Source: Waddliaceae bacterium
GTDB lineage: Bacteria; Chlamydiota; Chlamydiia; Chlamydiales; SLFE01
Length of the DNA: 58,049 nt
Direction of reading: 5' to 3'
Assembly (NCBI GenBank): GCA_963783885.1
Contig: CAWAPJ010000002.1
Location: 1 to 58,049 of the forward strand
Part shown: positions 20,123 to 29,397 of the stretch, piece by piece
Layout: every line of letters starts with the position of its first letter
Numbering within the stretch: the stretch's first letter is position 1
The notes under the pieces: generated by a model
What the model was told of the DNA's origin: nothing
Seen by the model: the letters and a program-made list of their open reading frames with translations, nothing else
Databases searched by the model: none
Made by a program: the position numbers and the translations under genes

Positions 20123-21952
20123 ATGGAGGATGAGTTACAACGAGTTTATCGACAGCTCTATGATGTCGTCATCCCCGATCTCGATTATTATTTGCGCCAA
20201 ATTGACTGCAGGGACGGCTGTCCGGTGAATACGGACGGCAGGGGCTATATGCTGGCGATTCACGCGGGCAATTTGTTGGAGGGATACAAGATTGCCAGGG
20301 GGCCGAACCCTTTCGCTTCTATTTGCGGCATGATCTGCGGGGCGCCGTGCGAGATGACGTGCCGGAGGGACAGGGTCGATAAGACGCTGACGATTAGGGC
20401 GCAGAAGCGGTATTTGGACGAGTGGTTCGGTTTGGACAAAGAGGCTCATGTCAAGTCGCTGGAAATGAGTTACTCGAGGGGGTCGACAAATCCGAAACCC
20501 AACGGGCTGAAGGTGGCTTGCATTGGGGCGGGGGTGGCGTCGCTGACGGTCGCTCATGATTTGCTTCGTCTAGGGTATGCCGTCGATGTGTATGAGATGA
20601 TGCGGATGCCGGGAGGAATGCTGACTTATGGCGTGCCGACATATCGCCTGAAGAATGATGTGGCGTTGAATGAATGTTTCGCGATTGAACATCTCGGGGC
20701 GAACATCATTTGCAACTGCAAGGTGGGTCGCGATATCACGATGACCGAGCTCCAGGAAAAGTACGACGCTGTCTTTATCGGAGTGGGGCTTTGGAAGTCG
20801 AGGGATCTGCCGATACCGGGCGCGGATGGGCCTGACGTGATTCGGGGGATCGAGTATTTGCGGGTCAAGTGCGCTGAAGAGGAGTGGAAGATCGGCGACA
20901 ATCTGGTTGTTGTCGGGGGCGGAAATGTTGCGTTCGATGTGGCGAGGACTTCGGTGAGAAACGGGGCGAAAGTGACGATGGTGTGCCTTGAGGCGCGCGA
21001 TGAACAGACAGCGGATGAATTTGAGATCGAGGACGGGCTTGAAGAGGGGATTACGATCATCAACAGGATGGGCCCGAAAGAAATATTGCGCGATGAAAAC
21101 GGCAGGATTGAGGCGATCAGGGTGCAGCGGGTTTCGAAGCTTTTCAATTACAAGGGAGGATTCGCTCCGGAGTTCGTCGAGGGGGATGTGTTCGATATTC
21201 CCTGCAATGCGGTGGCTCTTTCTATTGGCCAGACAATGGACGAGAGTTTTTTAAATGGCTGGGATAGAAGAGACGAGCTGGTTGTCGAAAGAGGCGTTGT
21301 GAAGGTGGAGCGGGAGACGGGACGGACTTCTGTTGAAGGCGTGTATGCGGCGGGCGATGCTGCCTATGGGGCGGCGCTTTTCATTACGGCGATACGGCAG
21401 GGGCAGGAGACCGCGAGAGCGATCGACGCGGATCTTCGGGGGACGCGGCCGTACATGGAAGTTCTTGGGGAGTTTACCGAAATTTCTCCGATGAGAGGCA
21501 AAGAGTATTTGCGAACCGGTTATGCTTTGCCGACGTCGCAGCCTGCGCATGTTCGGCAGGACAATTACAATATGGTGGAAAACAACTATACGGCCGAAGA
21601 GGTGCATCAGCAGGCCAACCGCTGTCTGCAATGCCATGTCAATCCGGTTTTTGACGGAGCGCTTTGCATCAAGTGCAACGGGTGCGTCGATGTTTGTCCG
21701 TGCAATTGTTTGAAGCAGGTTCCGCTGAGTCAATTGAACATGGATCTTGGAGAGGGCAATATAAGAACGGCTGTCGATCATTATTACGGGATAGATTCTG
21801 CGAATACTGATGAGGAAGAACTTGAATTGATAGGGACGGCAATGTTAAAAGATGAAGATTTATGTATTCGGTGCGGACTGTGCGCTGAAAAGTGTCCGAC
21901 GCAGGCTGTGACGATGGATGTGATGAATTATTCTTTCCGGTGGATCGGATAA
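20123..21952 (+). CDS. FAD/NAD(P)-dependent iron-sulfur oxidoreductase (GltD/NfnB/DsrL-like) with C-terminal 2x[4Fe-4S] domain
   Basis: N-terminal CRDGCP...CGMICGAPCEMTC; GAGVAS and GGGNVA Rossmann motifs; AAGD; RCLQC; CIKCNGCVDVCP; CIRCGLCAEKCP. Confidence 0.9.
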   Translation: MEDELQRVYRQLYDVVIPDLDYYLRQIDCRDGCPVNTDGRGYMLAIHAGNLLEGYKIARGPNPFASICGMICGAPCEMTCRRDRVDKTLTIRAQKRYLDEWFGLDKEAHVKSLEMSYSRGSTNPKPNGLKVACIGAGVASLTVAHDLLRLGYAVDVYEMMRMPGGMLTYGVPTYRLKNDVALNECFAIEHLGANIICNCKVGRDITMTELQEKYDAVFIGVGLWKSRDLPIPGADGPDVIRGIEYLRVKCAEEEWKIGDNLVVVGGGNVAFDVARTSVRNGAKVTMVCLEARDEQTADEFEIEDGLEEGITIINRMGPKEILRDENGRIEAIRVQRVSKLFNYKGGFAPEFVEGDVFDIPCNAVALSIGQTMDESFLNGWDRRDELVVERGVVKVERETGRTSVEGVYAAGDAAYGAALFITAIRQGQETARAIDADLRGTRPYMEVLGEFTEISPMRGKEYLRTGYALPTSQPAHVRQDNYNMVENNYTAEEVHQQANRCLQCHVNPVFDGALCIKCNGCVDVCPCNCLKQVPLSQLNMDLGEGNIRTAVDHYYGIDSANTDEEELELIGTAMLKDEDLCIRCGLCAEKCPTQAVTMDVMNYSFRWIG

Positions 21953-22089
21953 TGTTTGAGACTTTGGTCTTTACATTGGCCGCCGGGTGTACAGGATTGT
22001 TGATCTGCCTGTACTTTTGGAGGAGGGGGCAGTTCGAAGATTGTGAAGATGTGAAATATCAAATGTTTCGTGATGAAGAGTGTGATTGA
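21952..22089 (+). CDS. CcoS-like cbb3 oxidase assembly microprotein (45 aa)
   Basis: TAATG coupling to the upstream gene; TM helix followed by [10 protein letters not shown]. Confidence 0.7.
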   Translation: MFETLVFTLAAGCTGLLICLYFWRRGQFEDCEDVKYQMFRDEECD

Positions 22090-22091
22090 TT

Positions 22092-22604
22092 ATGCCTAAA
22101 CATAGAAATTCATTGAATGTCGACAAAGATAGCGAGGACCCGAGGATCTCCCGCCGATCGTTTCTTGCGCTTTTGGGGGTGGGAGCGGGAATCATCGGAG
22201 CGGGACAAATGTTCGGGGTGTCGATGCTGGGATTTCTATATCCCAACGCGATGAAGACGCCGCCGAGTACGTTTTCTATCGGCCGCCCGAATGAAGTGCT
22301 GTCGAAGGACGGAAAAATTTTTTACCCGAAGCAGAAAGTGTTTATCGAAACGCTTGGGGGGAAGGTGCGCGTGCAGACGGCTGTCTGCACTCACTTGGGC
22401 TGCACGGTGAATATGGTTGAGACGGGCTATGCCTGCCCCTGCCACGGGTCGACGTATGACCAGCATGGACGGAATACAGGGGGGCCTGCCCCTCTTCCGT
22501 TGGTTTACTTCAATGTTTATCAGGGGGCGTCAGGCGATATTATGGTGGACAAATCCAAGACAACACTGGACTACCGGGCGGCGTGGTTTTCGCCGACGGC
22601 ATGA
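22092..22604 (+). CDS. Rieske [2Fe-2S] subunit of a Rieske/cytochrome b complex
   Basis: Tat motif SRRSFL plus TM helix; CTHLGC and [15 protein letters not shown]. Confidence 0.95.
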   Translation: MPKHRNSLNVDKDSEDPRISRRSFLALLGVGAGIIGAGQMFGVSMLGFLYPNAMKTPPSTFSIGRPNEVLSKDGKIFYPKQKVFIETLGGKVRVQTAVCTHLGCTVNMVETGYACPCHGSTYDQHGRNTGGPAPLPLVYFNVYQGASGDIMVDKSKTTLDYRAAWFSPTA

Positions 22605-22618
22605 ACTAAAGGAACGGT

Positions 22619-23944
22619 ATGGCAGTATTTACAGGAAAACCTCGGGAGACGTGGGCGGAGCATATTGCAAGACTCCCGGCCAATTTTGTGCGGTCGATTT
22701 TTCGGCATAACTATCCGAACAACGACGTGGATCGTTCGGAGATCGTTTTTAAGAATTTTTTTCTTCATTTTCATCCGGTAAAGTGCCACAAGCGCTCGCT
22801 CGACCCTTTTTATACTTTGGGACTGGGGACGATCACAACGAGCTTGTTTATCCTTTTGACGATTACAGGCGTGATATTGATGTTCTATTACATACCGGCC
22901 GAGGATCGGGCATTCAACATCATGAAGGACTGGCAGGACACGACGCCGTTTGCCATGATGTACCGCAATATGCACCGGTGGAGCGCTCATATGATGGTGC
23001 TTTTTGTGTTTTTGCACATGTCGCGGGTCTTTTACACGGCCGGATACAAAAGCACGCGGAAGTTTAACTGGGTTGTGGGCGTGATTTTAATGGTGCTGAC
23101 GCTTCTGCTTTCGTTTACTGGGTATCTGCTTCCCTGGGACCAGCTGGCGTTTTGGGCGGTGACGGTGGGATCGGAGATTGCCGGCTACGCGCCGAACATT
23201 CCCGGTTTTGAGTACAATATCAACAAAGTGATGCTGCTGGCGTCGACGACGGTCGGCCAAGATGCTTTGATTCGGTTTTACGTGCTGCATGTCGCGCTTC
23301 TTCCACTGGTGACGGGGATGATGATCGGGGTGCACTTTTGGCGCATCCGAAAAGATGGCGGGCTCTCCCGCCCTCCCGATAAAATCCGTCCCGATCCCTG
23401 CCGCGTGATTCAGAGGTCGGATACAAAAGAGTCGTTCGCTCCCGGAGTGAAGCGGACATACGGTTTGATGGAGCTTGTGAGGGGAACATGTCCGACAGTG
23501 GACAAGGGGCCTTACAAATTCGTGTTTACATGGCCGCATCTTTTGAGGGCGGAGCTTTTGGTCTTTTTCCTGACGACGGTGCTTATTTTGGGGCTGAGTT
23601 TTATCAACGCCCCGCTCGAAGAGCCGGCCAACCCGAGCAAGCCGCCGAACCCGTCGAAAGCTCCTTGGTATTTTCTGGGGTTGCAGGAGATGGTTTCTTA
23701 CAGCGCGTTTTGGGGCGGCGTTGGAATTCCGGCGTTGATTATTGTTGGATTGATGCTCATCCCCTATCTCGATCGCAACCCCAATGGCGAGGGATACTGG
23801 TTTCACAGAAGCCGCTACCTGGCTGTCTTCTTGTATACCGCGTTTATGACAATGCAGGGGATATTGATTGTGATTGGGTCGATATTTAGAGGGGCTAACT
23901 GGGGATGGATATGGCCTTGGACAGAAACATTTGCGAGACACTAG
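22619..23944 (+). CDS. Cytochrome b (b6 + subunit IV fused)
   Basis: Heme ligands in MHRW, FLHMSRVF, FYVLH, GVHFW; GYLLPWDQ; APLEEPANP...APWYF. Confidence 0.95.
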   Translation: MAVFTGKPRETWAEHIARLPANFVRSIFRHNYPNNDVDRSEIVFKNFFLHFHPVKCHKRSLDPFYTLGLGTITTSLFILLTITGVILMFYYIPAEDRAFNIMKDWQDTTPFAMMYRNMHRWSAHMMVLFVFLHMSRVFYTAGYKSTRKFNWVVGVILMVLTLLLSFTGYLLPWDQLAFWAVTVGSEIAGYAPNIPGFEYNINKVMLLASTTVGQDALIRFYVLHVALLPLVTGMMIGVHFWRIRKDGGLSRPPDKIRPDPCRVIQRSDTKESFAPGVKRTYGLMELVRGTCPTVDKGPYKFVFTWPHLLRAELLVFFLTTVLILGLSFINAPLEEPANPSKPPNPSKAPWYFLGLQEMVSYSAFWGGVGIPALIIVGLMLIPYLDRNPNGEGYWFHRSRYLAVFLYTAFMTMQGILIVIGSIFRGANWGWIWPWTETFARH

Positions 23945-23945
23945 A

Positions 23946-26900
23946 ATGAGACTTAGATCGGAAGATTATTATCAAATCGCGCTCATCGCATCGGCGGTGG
24001 TGGTTACGGTTTTGTTCGGAGTCTTTTTATATCGCGAGATTTACCCTCAGTATAAGATTTTTCAGAAAGATTACGTGGCTCTTGAGGACTTTCGATCGAC
24101 TTATACAGCAGCCCCTCCTCCCCCGTTTAAATTCGGGGTGAAACAGATTGTGATACCCGATCCGGAAAAAGGTCCTCCAACGATCGACAGGTGCATCTCC
24201 TGCCATGTGGCCCTTAAATTTGAACATTTTTCCCCGACAGTGATTGCCCGCGATGTGAACGGCTTAATCATCTACGACAAAAACGGTGTTCCAAAGAAGG
24301 GGCCAAATCCGAATTATATCTGGAAAAAGCTCGATGAAAAAATCGCCGACTTGAAGCAAAAAGGCGATGATGGCAAAGCCGAAAGGCTAGAGTCTTTAAA
24401 AACCGTTCATGTTGACGGCCACGACTACCGGGTCGACAAAGCGCTGATCATGCACCCTTTGATTGGAAGGGAGACTCGTCCCTTCGAGTATCATCCGATT
24501 GATGAGTATGGATGCGCGGTATGCCATGGAGGAAATGGAAGAAGCCTTGTCACATCCCGCGCACACGGTCCTGTTTATGAAGGGCAGTATGAAGAAACTT
24601 ATATGGGTCCGAAGCCGGAGTTTCTCGAAGAGGATATCGAGAACAATCCGAAGTTTGCCAAAGCTTACAGCGGCAAGCCGGGCCACGAGCTCCTTTTTCA
24701 AACGACGCCGCTTCTTGTGGGGAATTTAATTCAGGCCAAATGCGTTCTCTGCCACAAGCCGACAAGCCAGAAATTGTCCGGCCTGGCGTCCAATGTCAAA
24801 AAGGTTGCCGAGACGAAATCGGAGCAGATCGATGTGATCAGGAAAGCATTTGAGCAGGAATACAACGCTTTAGTGGCTCTTCTTTCCTTAAGGAAGTTTT
24901 TGAATGATCGAGGGATTCAGCAGGCGTTCAAGACTCTGCAGAAACAATCGGAGAACTACGCCCTTCCTCCCGAGGAGCTGAAAAAGATTCGGGGCAACAT
25001 CAACTATTTGCGCGAGTCGATTGTTCAGGCGGAGCAGGAGCCTTATCAGGAACAGAAGGTTTTGAAAAAAATCGATGCGGATCTGCTGAAGCTTTTAGGA
25101 TCGAAGAAAGTTGTCGAGGCAGTGCAGAAGGCGTTTGATAAAAATGAAGATATGACCCTGGATCAGATGTGGGAGCTTTTGAAGAAAGAGAGGGGTGAAG
25201 GGAATCAGGGATCGCTTTATATCAAAGGCGAAATTCTTGAGAAGCAAAAAAGTCTGAAGACCAGTGTGGAAAGCATGACCTATTCGGTGAGCCGGGCGGC
25301 GGGGTCGAAGGAATTGGTTTCGGGACTTGAAAGCGATATCGATCGGTTGACGAAAGATTTTCAGCGAGGCGAAGAACTTTTCTTCTCCCAGGCCTGCTAT
25401 GCCTGCCACAGAATTACCGGCCTTTCGCGGGGAGGCGTCGGCCCCGAGCTGACCGATGAAGGGCTTCGGGAGCCGTGGTTTGTCAAAGAGTCGATTGTGT
25501 GGCCGCAGGCGGACCTGAAAACCTCGACGATGCCAAACTACAAAATGGATCACGAAGAGGTCGAAGATCTCGTGACCTTTCTGCTCGCGCAGCGCCCCGA
25601 AAACCAGTCGAGGCAGGGGATGGTGGAGAAGAGCCGCCTGAAAGCTTGGGAAGAGGGGAAAAAGAACGAGTGGGAAGAGGCGATAGCTCCCGGAGAGATA
25701 CGGGATTTGCAAAGAGCGATGGAGATTTTTGCGACCGAAGGGTGTGCCGCTTGCCACCGGTTGAAAGGTTTTGACGCGAATGTCGGGTTCGCCATTGAAA
25801 AAGACAATCCCACTTTTGATGAGCTGTATGAAGAGAAGCAATGGTTCCAAAAACTGTTCCCCGAGCATGAGCTCGGATCAAATATTGTGCAGACGATCGA
25901 AAGTCACAAGGAAGAGATCGACAAAAGAATTGTCGACAGTGTGCGCAAAGACGCCATTTTGGATGAGATAGAAAAGAAATATCCTAAGCTCATCGAATCC
26001 TTTTATGCCGATTTTAAATTTGCCTCGCGGGCCAAAAATCATGAGTATGAAACGCAGATCGAAAACGCATCGAGTCCGGAAAAGAAAAGGGCTTTAAAAG
26101 AAGGGCTTAGCGCCTGGAAAGAGCGGGTTCATCGGATTTTGCTCATGTTTGTTCAGGAATATGGGCTCGGAAGGCAGATCGGCCCTAGGCTGAACTGGTC
26201 GGGCATCTATCGATCGGACAAATGGCTGATGGAGCACTTTTGGAATCCCTCGTCGCTTGTGGCGCGCTCGATCATGCCTGTTTTTCCTTTTGACAATACT
26301 AAGTTTTTGGCTCTGACTTATATGCTCGATTCCCTGGGTCAAAAAAATCGCAGCGAGCTCAGAGAAGTTTGGGACAACAAGGGCTTCAATCCCGAAATGG
26401 CTTTCGATATGCTTTGCGCCCAGTGTCATGGAAACCATTTAAAAGGGAACGGACCCGTTTCGGAATGGATTTATCCCGTTCCGAAAAATTTGAGCAATCC
26501 TGTCTTTATGCGCAATTTGACAAAAGAGCGGGCGATCGAGTCGATCACTCATGGGATCCATGGCACCCCTATGCCTCCCTGGGGAGAAGCGGCAACAGAC
26601 AAAAACTTTGTCAATAATGCTCCTGTGTTGGGAAAAGACGATATTGCCGAGCTGGTGAACTGGATATACCGCAATCTTCCGGGAGAGAGATTTATTCGGG
26701 AAGAAGAGAAAGAGGTGCAGAAGTGGGAATACCGCCCGGAAGATGTGATTCGGGATCTCCAGAAAGCAGGAGATGTTTTAAAGTCGAAGCCGCAGTCGAG
26801 CTTGGGGCTTCCCACAGGTGAAGAGTATATCGCCTCGCTGATCCCGGTGATAGCTGCGGCGCCCTCAAAAAACCTGACAGTCGAGGATGTTTTCGATGTT

Positions 26901-27983
26901 GTGCCCAATCCTTATGGCGGCCCGGAAAAAAACAATTACTATATCAAAAAGAAGTACTATACCAAAGAGAATCTAGCTGAAGGGAAGGCGTTTTTTGAGC
27001 TCAACTGCGCCATATGCCATGGCAAGGAGGCCGATGGCGCAGGTCTTCGCGCCGGAGTTATGGAAGAGGCAAAGCCTAGAATGCTCATCAATCTTCCGTG
27101 GATTGAAAGCCGAGATGATTTGAGGCTGATCCGTTCAATCTATTATGGCGTTCCCGGTACATCCATGATCCCATGGGGGGACCAGACAACGTCGAAGCAG
27201 CGCCTACAACTTGTGATGTATATACGGAGTTTGACGGAAAGTAAGAGGGATTACGAACAGTTTAAAAATGTTCTCTTTCAAGTTTTTCAAAATCCTATCT
27301 GGGCCATTGAAGACGCCCGTTCGTCTGTGTCGAAAAAGATCAAGGAGTTGGAAAAACAGTCTTATGAAACGAGAGAGGCGCGCCAGAAGATGGAAGATCT
27401 GGTCAAAACGGGACAGGTGAAGCCGGAGAAGATCGCTGCCGTCTACAGCAAGGAGCTCAATTCCCTAAGAAAGCTTCAAAAGTATCGAGAGACAGACGAA
27501 ATCCTTGCCGATTTGATTGGCCAGGTCAAAAAAGAACAAAATCTTTACCAGTCTCTGGGCGACTCGATTTTCAAACTGTATGGCGAATCGGTGGCTTTTA
27601 CCGATTTTTTGAAAGCTATTGCTGCGAATCAAAATCATTTTTCCTATGAAGATGGAAAACTCCAGCAGCGGCATGCCGATGAAAAAAAACTTGCAGAGTT
27701 TAAAACCGATATTTTAAAGATCATCGGCGATGATATTCAAGTTCTCAAATATCAGGAAAGTGTGGAAAAGGGAAAAATTTCAACATCTGGAAAAAGAGAA
27801 AAACTCAGCGAGATCAAAAAAAGCTTGCAGCAGCAAAAACAGCTTGAAAACGAGACCATATCGACTTTTTCCCAGCTTGACCGTTTGCGTGAAAAGCAAA
27901 AGAAAACTTATGAAGATTATATGAAAAAACTCAAGACTTTGGAACAAAGCGATGACAGAAGCAGCGAAAGCAAAATATCATGA
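23946..27983 (+). CDS. Membrane-anchored multiheme cytochrome c (7 CXXCH) with helical/coiled-coil inserts
   Basis: CISCH, CAVCH, CVLCH, CYACH, CAACH, CAQCH, CAICH; N-terminal TM helix; ATG two bases after the cytochrome b stop. Confidence 0.9.
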   Translation: MRLRSEDYYQIALIASAVVVTVLFGVFLYREIYPQYKIFQKDYVALEDFRSTYTAAPPPPFKFGVKQIVIPDPEKGPPTIDRCISCHVALKFEHFSPTVIARDVNGLIIYDKNGVPKKGPNPNYIWKKLDEKIADLKQKGDDGKAERLESLKTVHVDGHDYRVDKALIMHPLIGRETRPFEYHPIDEYGCAVCHGGNGRSLVTSRAHGPVYEGQYEETYMGPKPEFLEEDIENNPKFAKAYSGKPGHELLFQTTPLLVGNLIQAKCVLCHKPTSQKLSGLASNVKKVAETKSEQIDVIRKAFEQEYNALVALLSLRKFLNDRGIQQAFKTLQKQSENYALPPEELKKIRGNINYLRESIVQAEQEPYQEQKVLKKIDADLLKLLGSKKVVEAVQKAFDKNEDMTLDQMWELLKKERGEGNQGSLYIKGEILEKQKSLKTSVESMTYSVSRAAGSKELVSGLESDIDRLTKDFQRGEELFFSQACYACHRITGLSRGGVGPELTDEGLREPWFVKESIVWPQADLKTSTMPNYKMDHEEVEDLVTFLLAQRPENQSRQGMVEKSRLKAWEEGKKNEWEEAIAPGEIRDLQRAMEIFATEGCAACHRLKGFDANVGFAIEKDNPTFDELYEEKQWFQKLFPEHELGSNIVQTIESHKEEIDKRIVDSVRKDAILDEIEKKYPKLIESFYADFKFASRAKNHEYETQIENASSPEKKRALKEGLSAWKERVHRILLMFVQEYGLGRQIGPRLNWSGIYRSDKWLMEHFWNPSSLVARSIMPVFPFDNTKFLALTYMLDSLGQKNRSELREVWDNKGFNPEMAFDMLCAQCHGNHLKGNGPVSEWIYPVPKNLSNPVFMRNLTKERAIESITHGIHGTPMPPWGEAATDKNFVNNAPVLGKDDIAELVNWIYRNLPGERFIREEEKEVQKWEYRPEDVIRDLQKAGDVLKSKPQSSLGLPTGEEYIASLIPVIAAAPSKNLTVEDVFDVVPNPYGGPEKNNYYIKKKYYTKENLAEGKAFFELNCAICHGKEADGAGLRAGVMEEAKPRMLINLPWIESRDDLRLIRSIYYGVPGTSMIPWGDQTTSKQRLQLVMYIRSLTESKRDYEQFKNVLFQVFQNPIWAIEDARSSVSKKIKELEKQSYETREARQKMEDLVKTGQVKPEKIAAVYSKELNSLRKLQKYRETDEILADLIGQVKKEQNLYQSLGDSIFKLYGESVAFTDFLKAIAANQNHFSYEDGKLQQRHADEKKLAEFKTDILKIIGDDIQVLKYQESVEKGKISTSGKREKLSEIKKSLQQQKQLENETISTFSQLDRLREKQKKTYEDYMKKLKTLEQSDDRSSESKIS

Positions 27984-29397
27984 CGGTCCGACAAAGTGGC
28001 TGATCTATCCGGCCCTCTGTTTTATGATTGTAGGGATGACCATCGGGGTTTTTATCTCCTACAACACATTTATCTTCCCCGATTATTTTTCGGGCGAGTA
28101 TATCCATTTCGGGAAACTCAGGCCTGTCCACGTGATGGGCGTTTTGCTCCTTTGGCTGCTGTCGGCGAACCTGGGACTTTGCTATTTTTTGGTGCAGAGG
28201 CTTTGCGGGGTGAGGATATGGAGCGTCAAACTCGCTTACGTGTCGATCGCCCTTTGGTGGTTCGGATTGATCTTTAGCCAGTTTTCCTATCCCTTCGGAA
28301 CAAATTACGGTTGGGAGTATGACGAAACTCCCATGTTTGTTTGGTGGCTGCCGGTTAAGCCGATTATTGTTTTGGCTTGGGTTTTGACGCTGTTTAATTT
28401 TTATGCCACTACTTATTACAGAAAAAATGAAAAGCTTTATGTTTCGATGTGGTATGTTCTTGCCGCGATGCTTTGGGCGACTGTGGTCTTTTGGGTGGGA
28501 GGCTTTAGCTTGGAGTTTTTGCCGATGGGGATTTCGCGGGTAAACGCGGAGTTCTTTTATGTCCACAACTTGGTTGGATTGATATTCACTCCCCTGGGAC
28601 TTGCGATTGCTTATTATTATCTGCCAAAGCTTGCCAATACGCCGATATACAGCCATAAATTGTCGATGATCGGTTTTTGGTCTCTTGCCTTTGTCTATGG
28701 CTGGGTCGGGGCCCACCATATCATTCATGGACCGATCACCCAATGGATCCAGACGGTTTCGATCATCTTTTCGGTTTGGCTTTTCGTTCCGGTCTTTACC
28801 GTTGTCCTCAATATTTTTGCCACGCTCCAGCCGAATTGGAAGCAGTATACCGAAAGCGCCGCCGTCCGTTTCATTGTGATGGGAAACATATTCTATCTGA
28901 TCACCTCGGTTCAGGGGACGTTTATGGCCCTTCGCAATATCAACGAAATCACATCCAAAACCGATTGGGTGATTGGACACTCCCATATTGCCCTTTACGG
29001 AACGTTCACGTTTTTTGCTATGGCAGGCATTTTTTATGTGGTTCCGGTGATGACCAAAAAGCCCCTTTGGTCGACAAAACTTGCCAACTGGACGTTTGCC
29101 CTAAATGTCTTTGGAAGCGTCCCCTTTATTTTGGCGCTCTGGATAGGCGGCTATCTTCAGGGGCTGATGTGGGCGAGTTGGGCGACGGGGGTCACCTATG
29201 CCGAGTTTCAGGCCAATTTGAGCAATCTCCCCTTTTTGCAAACGCTGGCCAATACGTACCCCTGGTGGCTTCTCCGCAGCATCGGCGGGACGATTATTCT
29301 TTTTGCCAACATTTTATTTGTGGTCAATATTTTCAATACGATTGTGTTAAAACCGAGAGAGGATGTGGCGAAAGTTAACGTTGAGGCGGCAACATGA
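27952..29397 (+). CDS. ccoN: cbb3-type (C-family) heme-copper oxygen reductase subunit I
   Basis: LRPVH, FYVHNLVG, YYYLPK...PIYSHKLS, VYGWVGAHH, TDWVIGHSH. Confidence 0.9.
   Translation: MTEAAKAKYHDGPTKWLIYPALCFMIVGMTIGVFISYNTFIFPDYFSGEYIHFGKLRPVHVMGVLLLWLLSANLGLCYFLVQRLCGVRIWSVKLAYVSIALWWFGLIFSQFSYPFGTNYGWEYDETPMFVWWLPVKPIIVLAWVLTLFNFYATTYYRKNEKLYVSMWYVLAAMLWATVVFWVGGFSLEFLPMGISRVNAEFFYVHNLVGLIFTPLGLAIAYYYLPKLANTPIYSHKLSMIGFWSLAFVYGWVGAHHIIHGPITQWIQTVSIIFSVWLFVPVFTVVLNIFATLQPNWKQYTESAAVRFIVMGNIFYLITSVQGTFMALRNINEITSKTDWVIGHSHIALYGTFTFFAMAGIFYVVPVMTKKPLWSTKLANWTFALNVFGSVPFILALWIGGYLQGLMWASWATGVTYAEFQANLSNLPFLQTLANTYPWWLLRSIGGTIILFANILFVVNIFNTIVLKPREDVAKVNVEAAT

Noticed and set aside
20123-21952. 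Glutamate synthase small subunit or true DsrL
   Set aside because: No gltB or dsr genes nearby; it has an extra C-terminal ferredoxin domain and a respiratory context.
27952-29397. Nitric oxide reductase (NorB) call
   Set aside because: It lacks the HLWVE glutamate motif and has the C-family Tyr and an adjacent CcoO.
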